The notes beneath the pieces were generated by a model that worked only from the letters and a program-made list of their open reading frames with translations, searched no databases and was not told the origin of the DNA. From the NCBI GenBank assembly GCA_902789795.1, contig CADAPM010000019.1, positions 803 through 64,802 of the forward strand: 64,000 bases of DNA, read 5' to 3'. This document shows positions 26,871 through 36,704 of this stretch, piece after piece (position 1 is the first letter of the stretch; each line of letters opens with the position of its first letter). Made by a program: the position numbers and the translations under genes. Source of the stretch: an uncultured Eubacteriales bacterium (lineage in GTDB: Bacteria; Bacillota; Clostridia; Christensenellales; Aristaeellaceae).

Positions 26871-29408
26871 ATGCCCAGTGAGATCAACGACCGCCTGCTG
26901 CCTGCCGACCTTGAAACGGAGATGAAGACCTCGTTCATCGCATACGCGATGGCGGTCATCATCAACCGCGCGCTGCCGGACGTGCGCGACGGTTTGAAGC
27001 CGGTGCACCGGCGCATCCTGTTCGACATGAACGAGCTCGGCATGACGCCGGATAAGCCCTTCCGCAAGTCCGCGCGCCTGGTGGGCGACGTGCTCGGTAA
27101 GTTCCATCCCCATGGCGACGCATCCGTGTACGACGCCATGGTCCGTCTGGCCCAGGATTTCTCTATCCGCTATCCGCTGGTGGAGGGCCAGGGCAATTTC
27201 GGCTCCGTGGACGGCGACGGCGCGGCGGCCATGCGTTATACCGAGGCGAGGATGAGCAAGATCTGCACCTATATGATGCAGGATATCGACAAGGACACCG
27301 TCGATTTCATGCCCAACTTCGACGAGACGCTGATGCAGCCCACGGTGCTGCCCTCCCGCTTCCCCAATTTGCTGGTCAACGGCAGCCAGGGCATTGCGGT
27401 CGGTATGGCGACGAACATTCCGCCCCATAACCTGCGCGAGGTCATCAACGGCGCGATCTGCCTGATCGATAACCCGGACGCGAGCCTGGACGACCTGATG
27501 GAGCACATCAAGGGCCCCGACTTCCCGACCGGTGGCGTGATCCTGGGCCTGTCCGGCGTGCGCGAAGCCTACTATACCGGCAAGGGCCATATCACGGTCC
27601 GCGCCAAGAGCGAGATCGAGGACATGGGCCACGACCGCGCGCGCATCGTCGTGACCGAGATCCCGTATATGGTCAATAAGGCGCGCCTGGTGGAAAAGAT
27701 CGGCGAGCTCGTGCGCGAGAAGCAGGTGGAGGGCATCAGCGACCTGCGCGACGAGTCCGACCGCAACGGCATGCGCATCGTCATCGAGCTCAAGAAGGAC
27801 GTGCAGCCCGCCGTCGTGATGAACTACCTGTATAAGCATACCCAGCTGCAGGACACCTTCGGCGTGAATATGCTGGCGCTGGTGGACGGCCACCCGCGCG
27901 TGCTGAGCCTGCGCGACGTGCTGTACTACTACATCCGCCACCAGGATGACGTGGTCACCCGCCGCACCCAGTATAACCTCGAGAAGGACCGCGCCCGCGC
28001 GCATATCCTCGAGGGCCTGCTGAAGGCGCTGGATAATATCGACGAGGTCGTGCATATCATCCGCACCAGCAAGGATACCGGCACCGCCAAGGAAAACCTG
28101 ATGTCCCGCTTTGACTTTTCTGACAAGCAGGCCCAGGCCATTCTCGATATGCGCCTGGCCCGCCTGACCAACCTGGAAAGCGATAAGCTGCAGGCTGAGT
28201 ACGACGAGATAGAGGCTGACATCGCGTATCTGGAGGGCTTGCTGGCCGACAAGACCAAGCTGATGGCCGTGATCAAGGACGAGCTTTCCGTGATCCGCGA
28301 CAAGTTCGGCGACGACCGCCGCACGGAGCTCTCTCCCGTGGAGGGCGAGATCGACGTGGAGGACCTGATCGCCGTGGACGACATGGTGGTCACCCTGACC
28401 CACTTCGGCTATGTCAAGCGCATTTCCAAGTCCGTGTACCGCGCCCAGAACCGCGGCGGCAAGGGCGTCAGCGGCATGACGACGCGCGACGAGGACTTCG
28501 CGGAGCAGATCTGCATCGTGAACACACACCAGGACGTGATGTTCTTCACCAACCTGGGCCGCGTGTATATGCTGCGCTGCTACCAGATCCCCGAGGCCGG
28601 GCGCACGGCCCGCGGCACGGCCATTATCAACCTGCTGCAGCTGACCACGGGCGAGAAGGTGACCACGATGCTGCCGCTGCCCAAGGAGGGTGACGGCTAC
28701 AGCCTGATCATGGCCACCAAGGGCGGCTATATCAAGAAGACGGAACTGGACGAGTTCCGTAACCTGCGCAAGATGGGCCTGTACGCCGTGACCCTGATGG
28801 AGGGCGACGAGCTGGTAGGCGTGCGCCTGTGCCGTGAGGGCGATACCCTGCTGATGGGCACCCGCGACGGCCGCGCCATCCGCTTCAGCACCGGCGACGT
28901 GCGCACCATGGGCCGCCAGGCCCGCGGCGTGCGCTCCATGCGCCTGGGCGCGGGCGACCAGGTGATCGACCTCTGCGTGATCGAAGAGGGCGGCCTGGTG
29001 CTGAACATCACCGAAAACGGCTACGGCAAGCGCACCGACCCCGAGCTCTACCGCGAGCAGAGCCGCGGCGGCATGGGCGTGAAGGCCATGGCCCTGACGG
29101 ACAAGACCGGCCCGCTGACGGCCCAGCTGATCGTGCACGAGGACGAGGATATCCTGCTCATCACCGACGACGGCACCATTATCCGCATGCCCGTCAGCAG
29201 CATCCGCGTCTGCGGCCGCGTGGCCCAGGGCGTGCGCCTGATGCGCGTGGGCGACGAGCGCCGCATCATTTCCGTCTGCCGCGCCGATCCTGAGGAACAG
29301 GAAGCAGCGGAGGAAACGGCGCTGATGGATGTGGACGAGACCGCAGCCGTGAGCGACGAAGGAATGAACGGTGAGGATACTGCAGAAGATACCACGGACA
29401 TCGAGTAA
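26871..29408 (+). CDS. gyrA: DNA gyrase subunit A
   Basis: [28 protein letters not shown] and [10 protein letters not shown] (catalytic Tyr), with C-terminal beta-pinwheel repeats and an acidic tail. Confidence 0.95.
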   Translation: MPSEINDRLLPADLETEMKTSFIAYAMAVIINRALPDVRDGLKPVHRRILFDMNELGMTPDKPFRKSARLVGDVLGKFHPHGDASVYDAMVRLAQDFSIRYPLVEGQGNFGSVDGDGAAAMRYTEARMSKICTYMMQDIDKDTVDFMPNFDETLMQPTVLPSRFPNLLVNGSQGIAVGMATNIPPHNLREVINGAICLIDNPDASLDDLMEHIKGPDFPTGGVILGLSGVREAYYTGKGHITVRAKSEIEDMGHDRARIVVTEIPYMVNKARLVEKIGELVREKQVEGISDLRDESDRNGMRIVIELKKDVQPAVVMNYLYKHTQLQDTFGVNMLALVDGHPRVLSLRDVLYYYIRHQDDVVTRRTQYNLEKDRARAHILEGLLKALDNIDEVVHIIRTSKDTGTAKENLMSRFDFSDKQAQAILDMRLARLTNLESDKLQAEYDEIEADIAYLEGLLADKTKLMAVIKDELSVIRDKFGDDRRTELSPVEGEIDVEDLIAVDDMVVTLTHFGYVKRISKSVYRAQNRGGKGVSGMTTRDEDFAEQICIVNTHQDVMFFTNLGRVYMLRCYQIPEAGRTARGTAIINLLQLTTGEKVTTMLPLPKEGDGYSLIMATKGGYIKKTELDEFRNLRKMGLYAVTLMEGDELVGVRLCREGDTLLMGTRDGRAIRFSTGDVRTMGRQARGVRSMRLGAGDQVIDLCVIEEGGLVLNITENGYGKRTDPELYREQSRGGMGVKAMALTDKTGPLTAQLIVHEDEDILLITDDGTIIRMPVSSIRVCGRVAQGVRLMRVGDERRIISVCRADPEEQEAAEETALMDVDETAAVSDEGMNGEDTAEDTTDIE

Positions 29409-29476
29409 CAGCAGATAACGCCATACAGCAAGGCCCCGGAGTGATGCTCCGAGGCCTTCTTATGTGTCCTATAACG

Positions 29477-29514
29477 AAAACAGCCTTTGCCCAATTTCAG
29501 GCAAAGGCTGTTTT
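29477..29514. terminator. bidirectional intrinsic terminator between gyrA and rny
   Basis: 11-bp stem CAGCCTTTGCC/GGCAAAGGCTG, flanked by AAAA and TTTT. Confidence 0.75.
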
Positions 29515-29530
29515 GATGCTGTACGGTCAG

Positions 29531-31096
29531 TTACTTCGCGTACTCGGTGCTGCGGGTCTCGCGGATCACGTTCACGCGGATCTGGCCGGGATACTCGAGC
29601 TCCTTTTCGATGCGGCGGGCGACTTCCTTGGCCAGGATCTGGGTGCCCTCGTCGGTGACGTCCTCGGGCTTGACCATGATGCGGACCTCGCGGCCGGACT
29701 GGATGGCGAAGCACTTTTCGACGCCCTTGAAGGAGTTGGCGATCTCTTCCAGCTTCTCCAGGCGCTTGATGTAGTTCTCCAGGGATTCGCGGCGGGCGCC
29801 GGGGCGGGCGGCGGAAATGGCGTCCGCGGCCTGGACCAGCACGGCCTCGATGGTCTGGGGCTCCACGTCGTTGTGGTGCGCCAGGATGCAGTGCACGACG
29901 GCCGGGCTCTCATGATACTTGCGGGCCAGCTCGCCGCCGATGGACACGTGGGTGCCCTCCTGCTCGTGGTCCACGGCCTTGCCGATGTCGTGCAGCAGGC
30001 CGGCGCGCTTGGCCAGCTGGACGTCGGCGCCCAGCTCCGCGGCCATCATGCCGGCCAGGTGGCTGACTTCGATGGAGTGCTTGAGCACGTTCTGGCCGTA
30101 GCTGGTGCGGTAGCGCAGGCGGCCCAGCAGCTTGACCAGCTCCGGATGGATGCCGTGCTGACCGGTCTCGAAGATGGCCTGGTCGCCGGCTTCGCGGATC
30201 TGCTGGTCGATCTCCTTCTTCGCCTTCTCGACACATTCCTCGATGCGCGCGGGATGGATGCGGCCGTCCATGATCAGCTTTTCGATGGCCAGGCGCGCGG
30301 TCTCGCGGCGCACGGGATCGAAGGCGGATACGATCACGGCTTCCGGCGTGTCGTCGATGATCAGGTCGACGCCGGTGGCGGTCTCCAGGGCGCGGATGTT
30401 GCGGCCCTCGCGGCCGATGATGCGGCCCTTCATGTCGTCGTTGGGCAGGTTGATGACGGATACGGTGGTCTCGGCCACGTGGTCGGACGCGCAGCGCTGG
30501 ATGGCCAGGGCAATGATGTTGCGGGCCTTCTTTTCGCCCTCTTCCTTAGCCTTGCTCTCAATGTCGCGCACCAGCACGGCGGCGTCATGATAAGCGTCCT
30601 TCTGCACCCGATCGATGACGGTCTGACGGGCTTCGTCCTGGGTCATGGCGGCGATGCGCTCGAGCTCGCTGATCTGCTTTTTCTTGTACTCTTCCGCTTC
30701 GCTCTCCAGGGCAGCCACGCTCTCCTGCTTCTTGACCAGGGCCTTTTCGCGCTGATCCAGGGCGTCGAGCTTCTTGTCCAGCTGCTCTTCCTTCTTGTCC
30801 AGCTGCTCCTCGCGCTGCTGGGCGCGGCGCTCCGAACGCTGGATGTCCGCGCGGCGGGCGTTGATCTCCTTATCGAGCTCGGATTTCTGCTGCAGGACTT
30901 CTTCCTTGGCCTTGAGCTTCATTTCCTTGGCCTCTTCGGTGGCCCTGCGCTGGGAATCGTCCAGAAGCTTCTTGACGTACTCTTCCGTGCGGCCGATCTT
31001 GGCTTCGACCGTATTCTTGTGATATATGCAGCCGATCGCGATGCCGATGCCGAGCGCGGCAGCTATTAAAACCACAGCTAATACGATGTTCAACAA
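29531..31096 (-). CDS. rny: ribonuclease Y
   Basis: N-terminal TM helix, a coiled-coil region, a KH domain ([15 protein letters not shown]) and an HD domain ([10 protein letters not shown]...LLHDIGK). The start was placed at TTG 31096, 5 nt after SD GGGAGG. The ORF track starts at another TTG at 31138. Confidence 0.9.
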   Translation of the reverse strand: MLNIVLAVVLIAAALGIGIAIGCIYHKNTVEAKIGRTEEYVKKLLDDSQRRATEEAKEMKLKAKEEVLQQKSELDKEINARRADIQRSERRAQQREEQLDKKEEQLDKKLDALDQREKALVKKQESVAALESEAEEYKKKQISELERIAAMTQDEARQTVIDRVQKDAYHDAAVLVRDIESKAKEEGEKKARNIIALAIQRCASDHVAETTVSVINLPNDDMKGRIIGREGRNIRALETATGVDLIIDDTPEAVIVSAFDPVRRETARLAIEKLIMDGRIHPARIEECVEKAKKEIDQQIREAGDQAIFETGQHGIHPELVKLLGRLRYRTSYGQNVLKHSIEVSHLAGMMAAELGADVQLAKRAGLLHDIGKAVDHEQEGTHVSIGGELARKYHESPAVVHCILAHHNDVEPQTIEAVLVQAADAISAARPGARRESLENYIKRLEKLEEIANSFKGVEKCFAIQSGREVRIMVKPEDVTDEGTQILAKEVARRIEKELEYPGQIRVNVIRETRSTEYAK

Positions 31097-31144
31097 TTGC
31101 ACCTCCCTTTCTTTGGATTTTTCCGATTCTTTTTTCAAATACGC

Positions 31145-31170
31145 AAAAAAACGTACGACGGGCGTACGGC
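31145..31170 (-). terminator. minus-strand hairpin plus U7 just upstream of rny
   Basis: The RNA is CGUACG-CCCGU-CGUACG followed by UUUUUUU. The stem is short (6 bp). Confidence 0.45.
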
Positions 31171-31437
31171 ACGTTTATCCAATATCATTTGTTTAACCGC
31201 GCGTGGACGCGCGGGGGAGAAAGCTATCACAACAGACCCGCTTTCCGGGCGGAACTGGGCTTAGGCTTCCCTGACGTAAACTCACGATACGACGATCCCG
31301 CCAGCCCGGTCGCCCAAAGGGCTCCCGCCGGCGCAGTCTATCACATGAACATTTCATATCAAATGCAAGAATACGCTAAACAGGTGTATCAGATAAACGG
31401 CGGTATTTCATGGAAAAACCATGAAAACCTGCCGAAC
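31145..31437 (-). ncRNA. candidate ~290-nt structured noncoding transcript or rny leader (family unknown)
   Basis: It is bounded by a near-consensus promoter (31444-31472) and the hairpin/U-tract at 31145-31170. Its GC-rich core has complementary ends GCGCcggcGGGAG / CUCCCccGCGC and several local hairpins. It contains no convincing ORF. Confidence 0.3.
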
Positions 31438-31443
31438 ATCCTT

Positions 31444-31472
31444 ATTTTATATGAGATTGCAGCTTGTGTCAA
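31444..31472 (-). promoter_or_regulatory. near-consensus sigma-A promoter
   Basis: On the minus strand: TTGACA, a 17-nt spacer, then TAAAAT. Confidence 0.55.
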
Positions 31473-31833
31473 GCACAATATTCACAGATTATTCACAATT
31501 GTGCCGGTATTCTGCGGGTTTTCCCGGCCTGGAAACATGCATAAAAAAGCGCCCCGTCCAGCCCGGTTTCCCGGGTGGCCGGAACGCTGTTGACGCCGAA
31601 AGCAGCCCTCTCAGATGGGCTCACTATGCATATTTGCCTGCATACTTCCAGTCGCAGATGAGAAATTTTTCACTTTTTTGTCATGGCGCAGCGCGGAAAA
31701 AGGCTCACGCTTCCCGGTTGGTTACGATGCGCACTCAAGCAGTCGCTGCCAGTTCTCGGCCGGGGTCATAAGCTCAGCATGCGCGATCCACATCATTTAA
31801 CGCACACTGTTCAGCATTATGTTTATATCCTCG

Positions 31834-32598
31834 TTATACTCCGGCAAACTTGAATAAGCATCCAGCTCCCTCATTGCCTTTTAGATCATTCCAAATCAAA
31901 CAATCGTTATCATTCATCGAAAAAATGGCTGAGCCGTCATGATATATTTCAACAGATTCTTCTTTATCCGATGAATAATATATTTCTTTCAAGCTAAGAC
32001 TGTCTGATACGAGACAATTGTCTTCGGCATTATAGGTGCAAAAGTACTCCCAATGTATGATAACGTCATCCGTCTCTTTTCTGTCAATATAGCATCTATA
32101 AAAATCATCATAAATATAAAACTCGATCGTTGTATTACCCGATTCCCACTTGCCCTCGAAATTTCCCAGGTTTCTGAAAGTCAGACCTTTTCCCGCATTT
32201 TCTTCCTGATCAATCCAGATCAAATAACCGTCCTGAATCAAAAAAGCCGCACTGCCACCTGTATATTCATTACTTAAGTTTTCCTGGTCTGAATCTTCAT
32301 CGTAAATGTAAATGTCTTTGGCTCCGGTCCCTTCTGCAACCAGTGTTTCTTTCGCTTCGTCATAAGAACAGGAATAATTCCATGTTGTGTATTCATAACC
32401 ATGGTCGTATCTTTCAATTGATACATGGTAATCCTTATCCGATTGCCGAATAACTATATCGTTTTCTTCGTCATGCCAATGACCTATAAATGAAGATGGA
32501 GAAATGACTGCTTTTTCTGCAGCTGTTATTATGTTAAGTGCTATTATGAATAGGCAGATTAAATATAGTATTGTTTTCTTCATGTTTTTCAATACCAT
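31834..32598 (-). CDS. secreted hypothetical protein with an internal two-fold domain duplication
   Basis: Signal peptide MKKTILYLICLFIIALNIITA. There are two ~105-aa repeats (F-G-W...W-Y-C-Y...A-F...L-W-D...N-G). The gene is AT-rich. The start may be ATG 32583. Confidence 0.6.
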   Translation of the reverse strand: MVLKNMKKTILYLICLFIIALNIITAAEKAVISPSSFIGHWHDEENDIVIRQSDKDYHVSIERYDHGYEYTTWNYSCSYDEAKETLVAEGTGAKDIYIYDEDSDQENLSNEYTGGSAAFLIQDGYLIWIDQEENAGKGLTFRNLGNFEGKWESGNTTIEFYIYDDFYRCYIDRKETDDVIIHWEYFCTYNAEDNCLVSDSLSLKEIYYSSDKEESVEIYHDGSAIFSMNDNDCLIWNDLKGNEGAGCLFKFAGV

Positions 32599-32726
32599 CC
32601 ACTTTCTTAAGGTTTTCTTCTTTTAACTATAAATCTACATTAAGCAGAACAAGAAAACATCAGAGAAAAGCATCTTATATGCCATTTGAATAACCAATGA
32701 TTCTCCAAGATATATTTTCGGATCGA

Positions 32727-33047
32727 TCACAGTTTAGGCACGATGTATTTATATAATTTTGACTGATCCAACTTTTTTAGATATTGATAAAACAGCCATT
32801 CCAGAAAGACATTAAAAGCTACATAAAAGAGCACCAACAAAAACGAATACATTATATCCAACCACCACGGGTTTGACATATTTCTCAGAAAATAAAACGG
32901 TATCAATCCAATAAGGCCCACCATATACCCAAGACATGCATACTTTCTTTTCAGGCGGAAAATCATACCGCATTTATTGCATTTAATGGAATGAAATGAA
33001 CGCAAACAGCTTTCGAATTCTATTGAGTGTACACATTCCTTGGGCAT
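32727..33047 (-). CDS. small membrane protein with an N-terminal Cys-rich (zinc-ribbon-like) segment
   Basis: 106 aa with C..H...C then CNKCG, followed by two hydrophobic helices. SD AAGGAG lies upstream. Confidence 0.55.
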   Translation of the reverse strand: MPKECVHSIEFESCLRSFHSIKCNKCGMIFRLKRKYACLGYMVGLIGLIPFYFLRNMSNPWWLDIMYSFLLVLFYVAFNVFLEWLFYQYLKKLDQSKLYKYIVPKL

Positions 33048-33303
33048 ATAATTCGCTCCTTCTTTTATGACTAATTCGACTTGATCAGAAAGCTTATCTT
33101 AAACTATGCCTTATTGAGTTCTTTGCTTTAGAACATTGGTCCAGTTTTCACACATCATAGGCCCAGCAGAAAGTGTCATCTCCCATATAGCAAAATAGAA
33201 ACATCCTGATTATCATATTTTACACTCAAAAAGTCAAGATTAAGCGGACCAGGGACAACTCGATGAAATGAAGCTTTCTCTAAACAGGTTTGTCTTGTTT
33301 GGA

Positions 33304-34269
33304 TTAATCAGCCCGAAATACTGTTTTCAGATAATCGCTTTCAGGAATATCCAAAGCAAACAGCACGTCAATAAATCCTCCCCAGTCTCCATACGGAAGG
33401 TTTCTGATATCAATAATCTCTTTGTGGCAATACGTATTATTAATGTATAAATAGTCATAGTCATGCATGACTGATGTGAGAGCTTTTGCTTGATCCCACT
33501 TTGCCAAGTACCAGAGTTTTCCGTGTGATGAATATACGCCCGCTTTATATTCTTCCTGGCTGTTTTCATCTTTGTAGAATTTAATACACCATACATTTTC
33601 AGGAAGGATTCCGGGATAATGAGCCAGAGAAGAGGTAATAGTATAGCGTGATTTTACGTCTTCAGGCTCAATCGACTCCATACCCGCCACCATATTCACC
33701 GCTATGGTTTCTGCTTCGACAGAGCTGATATCATATTCGCCAGGCAGTACGCGAGCGCCAAACATATCAGGCGGGCACACAATTGACTCAATGATTTCTA
33801 TGGTATGGATCGAATTGGATCCACTGTAATGCGGAATTCCGAAGAATTCTTCCCACTGATTCAGACCGTCGAAGAGTTCCTCGTCAGTGAAAAAAAGAAT
33901 CTCCCCTGATGGTGAATCGATCATTACTGTGCCTATATGCGAACTGGGGGAATTGATGACGATTTTCTCTTTATCAAAGAAGGAAACGGCCCAGGCATAA
34001 TGAATGGCATTTTTGTGTTGAATACGGATAAAAACGCTGTTGATGGTATATCTGCCTGACACCGTATCGATCCCGGAAAAGTCCTCGTTATTCACACGAT
34101 GGTATGTGTTTTTATTATAATAATCTATTGCCAGTTTTTCCGCCTGTTCACGCTGCATATCGGCGCTGGATACGACGACTCTATTATAGGGCACTTTCTC
34201 CGCGGTGCAGCAAACAAAAGGCACCATCAGAATAACAAATAGTACAATTAAAAAGCCTTGTCTTTTCAT
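33304..34269 (-). CDS. secreted hypothetical protein
   Basis: 321 aa with signal peptide MKRQGFLIVLFVILMVPFVCCTA and SD GAGGGAG. I recognise no motif. Confidence 0.6.
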   Translation of the reverse strand: MKRQGFLIVLFVILMVPFVCCTAEKVPYNRVVVSSADMQREQAEKLAIDYYNKNTYHRVNNEDFSGIDTVSGRYTINSVFIRIQHKNAIHYAWAVSFFDKEKIVINSPSSHIGTVMIDSPSGEILFFTDEELFDGLNQWEEFFGIPHYSGSNSIHTIEIIESIVCPPDMFGARVLPGEYDISSVEAETIAVNMVAGMESIEPEDVKSRYTITSSLAHYPGILPENVWCIKFYKDENSQEEYKAGVYSSHGKLWYLAKWDQAKALTSVMHDYDYLYINNTYCHKEIIDIRNLPYGDWGGFIDVLFALDIPESDYLKTVFRAD

Positions 34270-34641
34270 AATTATCTCCCTCGCAGCGTGGCTGCGCCAT
34301 CAAAAAAGGAAAACGGAAGCTGTAAACCTGATTATCTGTTTTCAAGTGTTACACAATTGTCCAAAGTGATGCACAAAGCGCAATGTTGCTGTTTACATCT
34401 ATCCTGTCATCTGCTGAGACTTTAAAACGAATGCATAGAAACATGAAATGTCCTTTCAAGCACAATTATTGACTCCACCCATTAGTATTCAAATCATCTG
34501 CGACGATCTAAAAGAGGTTATTTTATATCATGGACGATCGTTGTCCCTTCGGGTACTTTTTCGGTTTCGTTTCTTGTCTTCTACTCAGTATGTTTCTGCA
34601 TCTAATCCATGAAACAATGCTTGCGGGTAAAGTGTATAATG

Positions 34642-35136
34642 CTAGTCAAATCGTAATGCTTTAATCCTTCTGTATAGTTGTTTAGGCTGAGTTAAAGCCT
34701 TGTTTGCAGAAATTGATACAGCATTTTCGTCAAAAGAAATGGATATAAACACATTAGCTTTTCCAGTAACAATTAACTGTTCATAAGACTGTTGCAAATA
34801 AACATCTACGTTTGTCGGATCAAGTAGACTTATCATAAAGATATTCTCCGGATCTTCGCTGATTACTTTCTCCAAAACATCCTCGAACAAAGAATCAGGT
34901 AAAACCACTGTGACTTCACAATAATTCGTAGCATGCTGCTTTACAAAGAATTTCATTCCTTGATTCTTTATATATGTCAATAATAAACAATCATTCGACA
35001 AAGAATCTATTGTCATAGCAATCCATTGGCAGTCTAAAGCATTAACCAATCTGGTGATGTTACTGGCTGTGCATTTTATTCCTGAAATCGAGATACTTAT
35101 GGGATTAAATAAAAGCAGTTTTGAAATTCTAATCAT
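34642..35136 (-). CDS. hypothetical cytosolic protein
   Basis: The start was reset to ATG 35136 (SD GGGAGG 9 nt upstream). The ORF-track N-terminus overlaps the preceding degraded reading frame. Confidence 0.5.
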   Translation of the reverse strand: MIRISKLLLFNPISISISGIKCTASNITRLVNALDCQWIAMTIDSLSNDCLLLTYIKNQGMKFFVKQHATNYCEVTVVLPDSLFEDVLEKVISEDPENIFMISLLDPTNVDVYLQQSYEQLIVTGKANVFISISFDENAVSISANKALTQPKQLYRRIKALRFD

Positions 35137-35504
35137 GAAGAATACCTCCCAAGAAGCCGGCACCCAGTGTGCCAATTGGGACATGATAATTCACAGACTT
35201 TGAAAACTGGATATTCATGTGGAATAGGCTTTCGCTAAAGTCGATATTCGTCTCCCCGATATTGGCGTAGGTGACGGTAGAAAAGTCCCAGTCCGTCAGG
35301 ATCTCGCGGGTAAAGAAGCGCGTGTCGGCAGTCGGCGCGGAAGTGTTGCGCAGGTAACATCCCGTATTGCCGATGCCGCGAGCAAGGAGGCAGCGGAAAT
35401 TACGGCATCTTCAGCGCCCACGTTGCGGCTTGTTACGCGATATCGGTTTCCGGAGAGGTGAGTGAGCGTGCAGCAAGCGGGGCTGGGGTAATGTGTTCGC
35501 TCAT
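35134..35504 (-). pseudogene. degraded or frameshifted ORF of unknown family ending in a glycine-zipper-like tail
   Basis: ATG 35504 opens a 23-codon frame ending in TAA. Coding-like sequence then continues in two other frames (..NVGAEDAVISAAS.. then ..GIGNTGCYLRNTSAPTADTRFFTREILTDWDFSTVTYANIGETNIDFSESLFHMNIQFSKSVNYHVPIGTLGAGFLGGILHD*). The stop overlaps the start of the next gene (ATGATTAG). Confidence 0.3.
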
Positions 35505-35599
35505 AGTATCGCTTCTGTTCAATTATATGTTGTTATGCATCAAATCTGGATGGTCATACGGAGGGAGAGAAAAAGAATGAAGAACAGTCACCTTATCTT

Positions 35600-35974
35600 T
35601 CATTGGACATATACTTTCGCATTGGGTACCAGTGCTGCCAGCCGTTCGCTCATGGGCGGGCGGCCATCCCGGGGCGAGGCGCCGATGACGATCGCGGTGA
35701 CCTGTTGGTTTTTCACGTAATCGGCGATGGTCTTTTCGACCTCGGTGGAGGAGATGATCTCCATCTCGGCCTCCGCCTCGCGCGCGTCGGCGTACAGCTG
35801 GTTCAGGGCGGCGGAGATATCCGTGCTGCCCATCAGGGTCTTCTGCCGCGTGCGCACGTGCAGCACCAGCAGGTCGCCGCCCTGTTCATCCGCCAGCTGG
35901 CGGCCTTTGCGGATCATCTCGCTGCAGTGGGGCTGCTCGGTCACGCAGACCAGGATCTTTGGCTGGTTCATCAT
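35600..35974 (-). CDS. universal stress protein (UspA-family) domain protein
   Basis: 124 aa with KILVCVTEQPHCSEMIRKGRQLA...LLVLHV...VTAIVIGAS. SD GGAGG lies upstream. Confidence 0.65.
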   Translation of the reverse strand: MMNQPKILVCVTEQPHCSEMIRKGRQLADEQGGDLLVLHVRTRQKTLMGSTDISAALNQLYADAREAEAEMEIISSTEVEKTIADYVKNQQVTAIVIGASPRDGRPPMSERLAALVPNAKVYVQ

Positions 35975-35986
35975 GGGGACCTCCGT

Positions 35987-36481
35987 TCAGGTATTTGAGG
36001 ACGCAGGCTCTGCTTTTGCCAGGATCTCCCAGGAGGAAACGAATTTATCGTAGCTCCGGATCAGGATGCGGTCGCCGGTTTTCCAGTCCGGCAGGGGACG
36101 CCGGGCGTCGAAGTAGAACAGGCGGTCGTCCTCCGGGTCCTGTTTTTCGCCCACGTTCAGGTAAAAGGCATAGAACATCACGTTGTTGCGCTCCACCGGC
36201 GTCTCTTCCATGCGCAGATAATAGCCCTCGGCCACCTTGCGGGCCACGCGCAGGGCGCTGCGCACGTGCTCCATATAGCCCCTCCGGGGGATCACGAACA
36301 GCTGGTGGGAAAACACCATCCACGATCCGCCCAGGATGCTCAGCAGGATGGTCAGCCATTTGATGCGGAAGATGAAAGAGACGATGGCTCCGGCCAGGAG
36401 CACCGCCGCGGGCAAAAACATCAGCAGCCGGGCGCGCTGCACCGCCCGCTGAGCGTCGTTCAAATCGTTCTCGCTGTACAT
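35987..36481 (-). CDS. hypothetical membrane protein
   Basis: The start was reset to ATG 36481 (SD GGAGGG). It has two TM helices near the N-terminus. Confidence 0.55.
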   Translation of the reverse strand: MYSENDLNDAQRAVQRARLLMFLPAAVLLAGAIVSFIFRIKWLTILLSILGGSWMVFSHQLFVIPRRGYMEHVRSALRVARKVAEGYYLRMEETPVERNNVMFYAFYLNVGEKQDPEDDRLFYFDARRPLPDWKTGDRILIRSYDKFVSSWEILAKAEPASSNT

Positions 36482-36704
36482 GACATTCCCTCCAGTTTCT
36501 TGCTTTATCCCATTATACCCGTGAAAGCGTACAAAAAAAAGGCACGAGCTTGTCAACAGAATCTGGTACAGCAACGTTTGCGCAATTCCATGTACAATCT
36601 TGCTCTTGCATTTTCTGCTGTTTCAGCGTAGAATATTCGGTAGAAAAATTTCTGATCCGACTATGCGCAAAATGTGCTGCAAACTGAAGATGGGAGCTTG
36701 ATCT

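Noticed and set aside
29441-31069. 542-aa plus-strand ORF opposite rny
   Set aside because: It is an antisense artefact. The RNase Y KH and HD motifs are on the minus strand.
31145-31437. Possibility that the rny-upstream RNA is SRP RNA, 6S RNA, or a known riboswitch
   Set aside because: I could not find the SRP domain IV motif (GGAAG..CAGC-type). I also found no RNase P or tmRNA signatures and none of the FMN, TPP, cobalamin, ykkC, ydaO or T-box core motifs. A 6S-like rod could not be established by eye, so the family is left unassigned.
31700-31800. Short minus-strand frame MMWIAHAELMTPAENWQRLLECAS*, possibly the stump of a transposase or host gene at the island B boundary
   Set aside because: At 24 codons with no recognisable family, it cannot be distinguished from chance.
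34531-34665. 44-codon hydrophobic plus-strand ORF (MDDRCPFGYFFGFVSCLLLSMFLHL..) convergent with the 164-aa island gene; possible type I toxin
   Set aside because: It has no properly spaced SD or obvious promoter, and it overlaps the 3' end of the opposite gene. There is too little evidence to call it.
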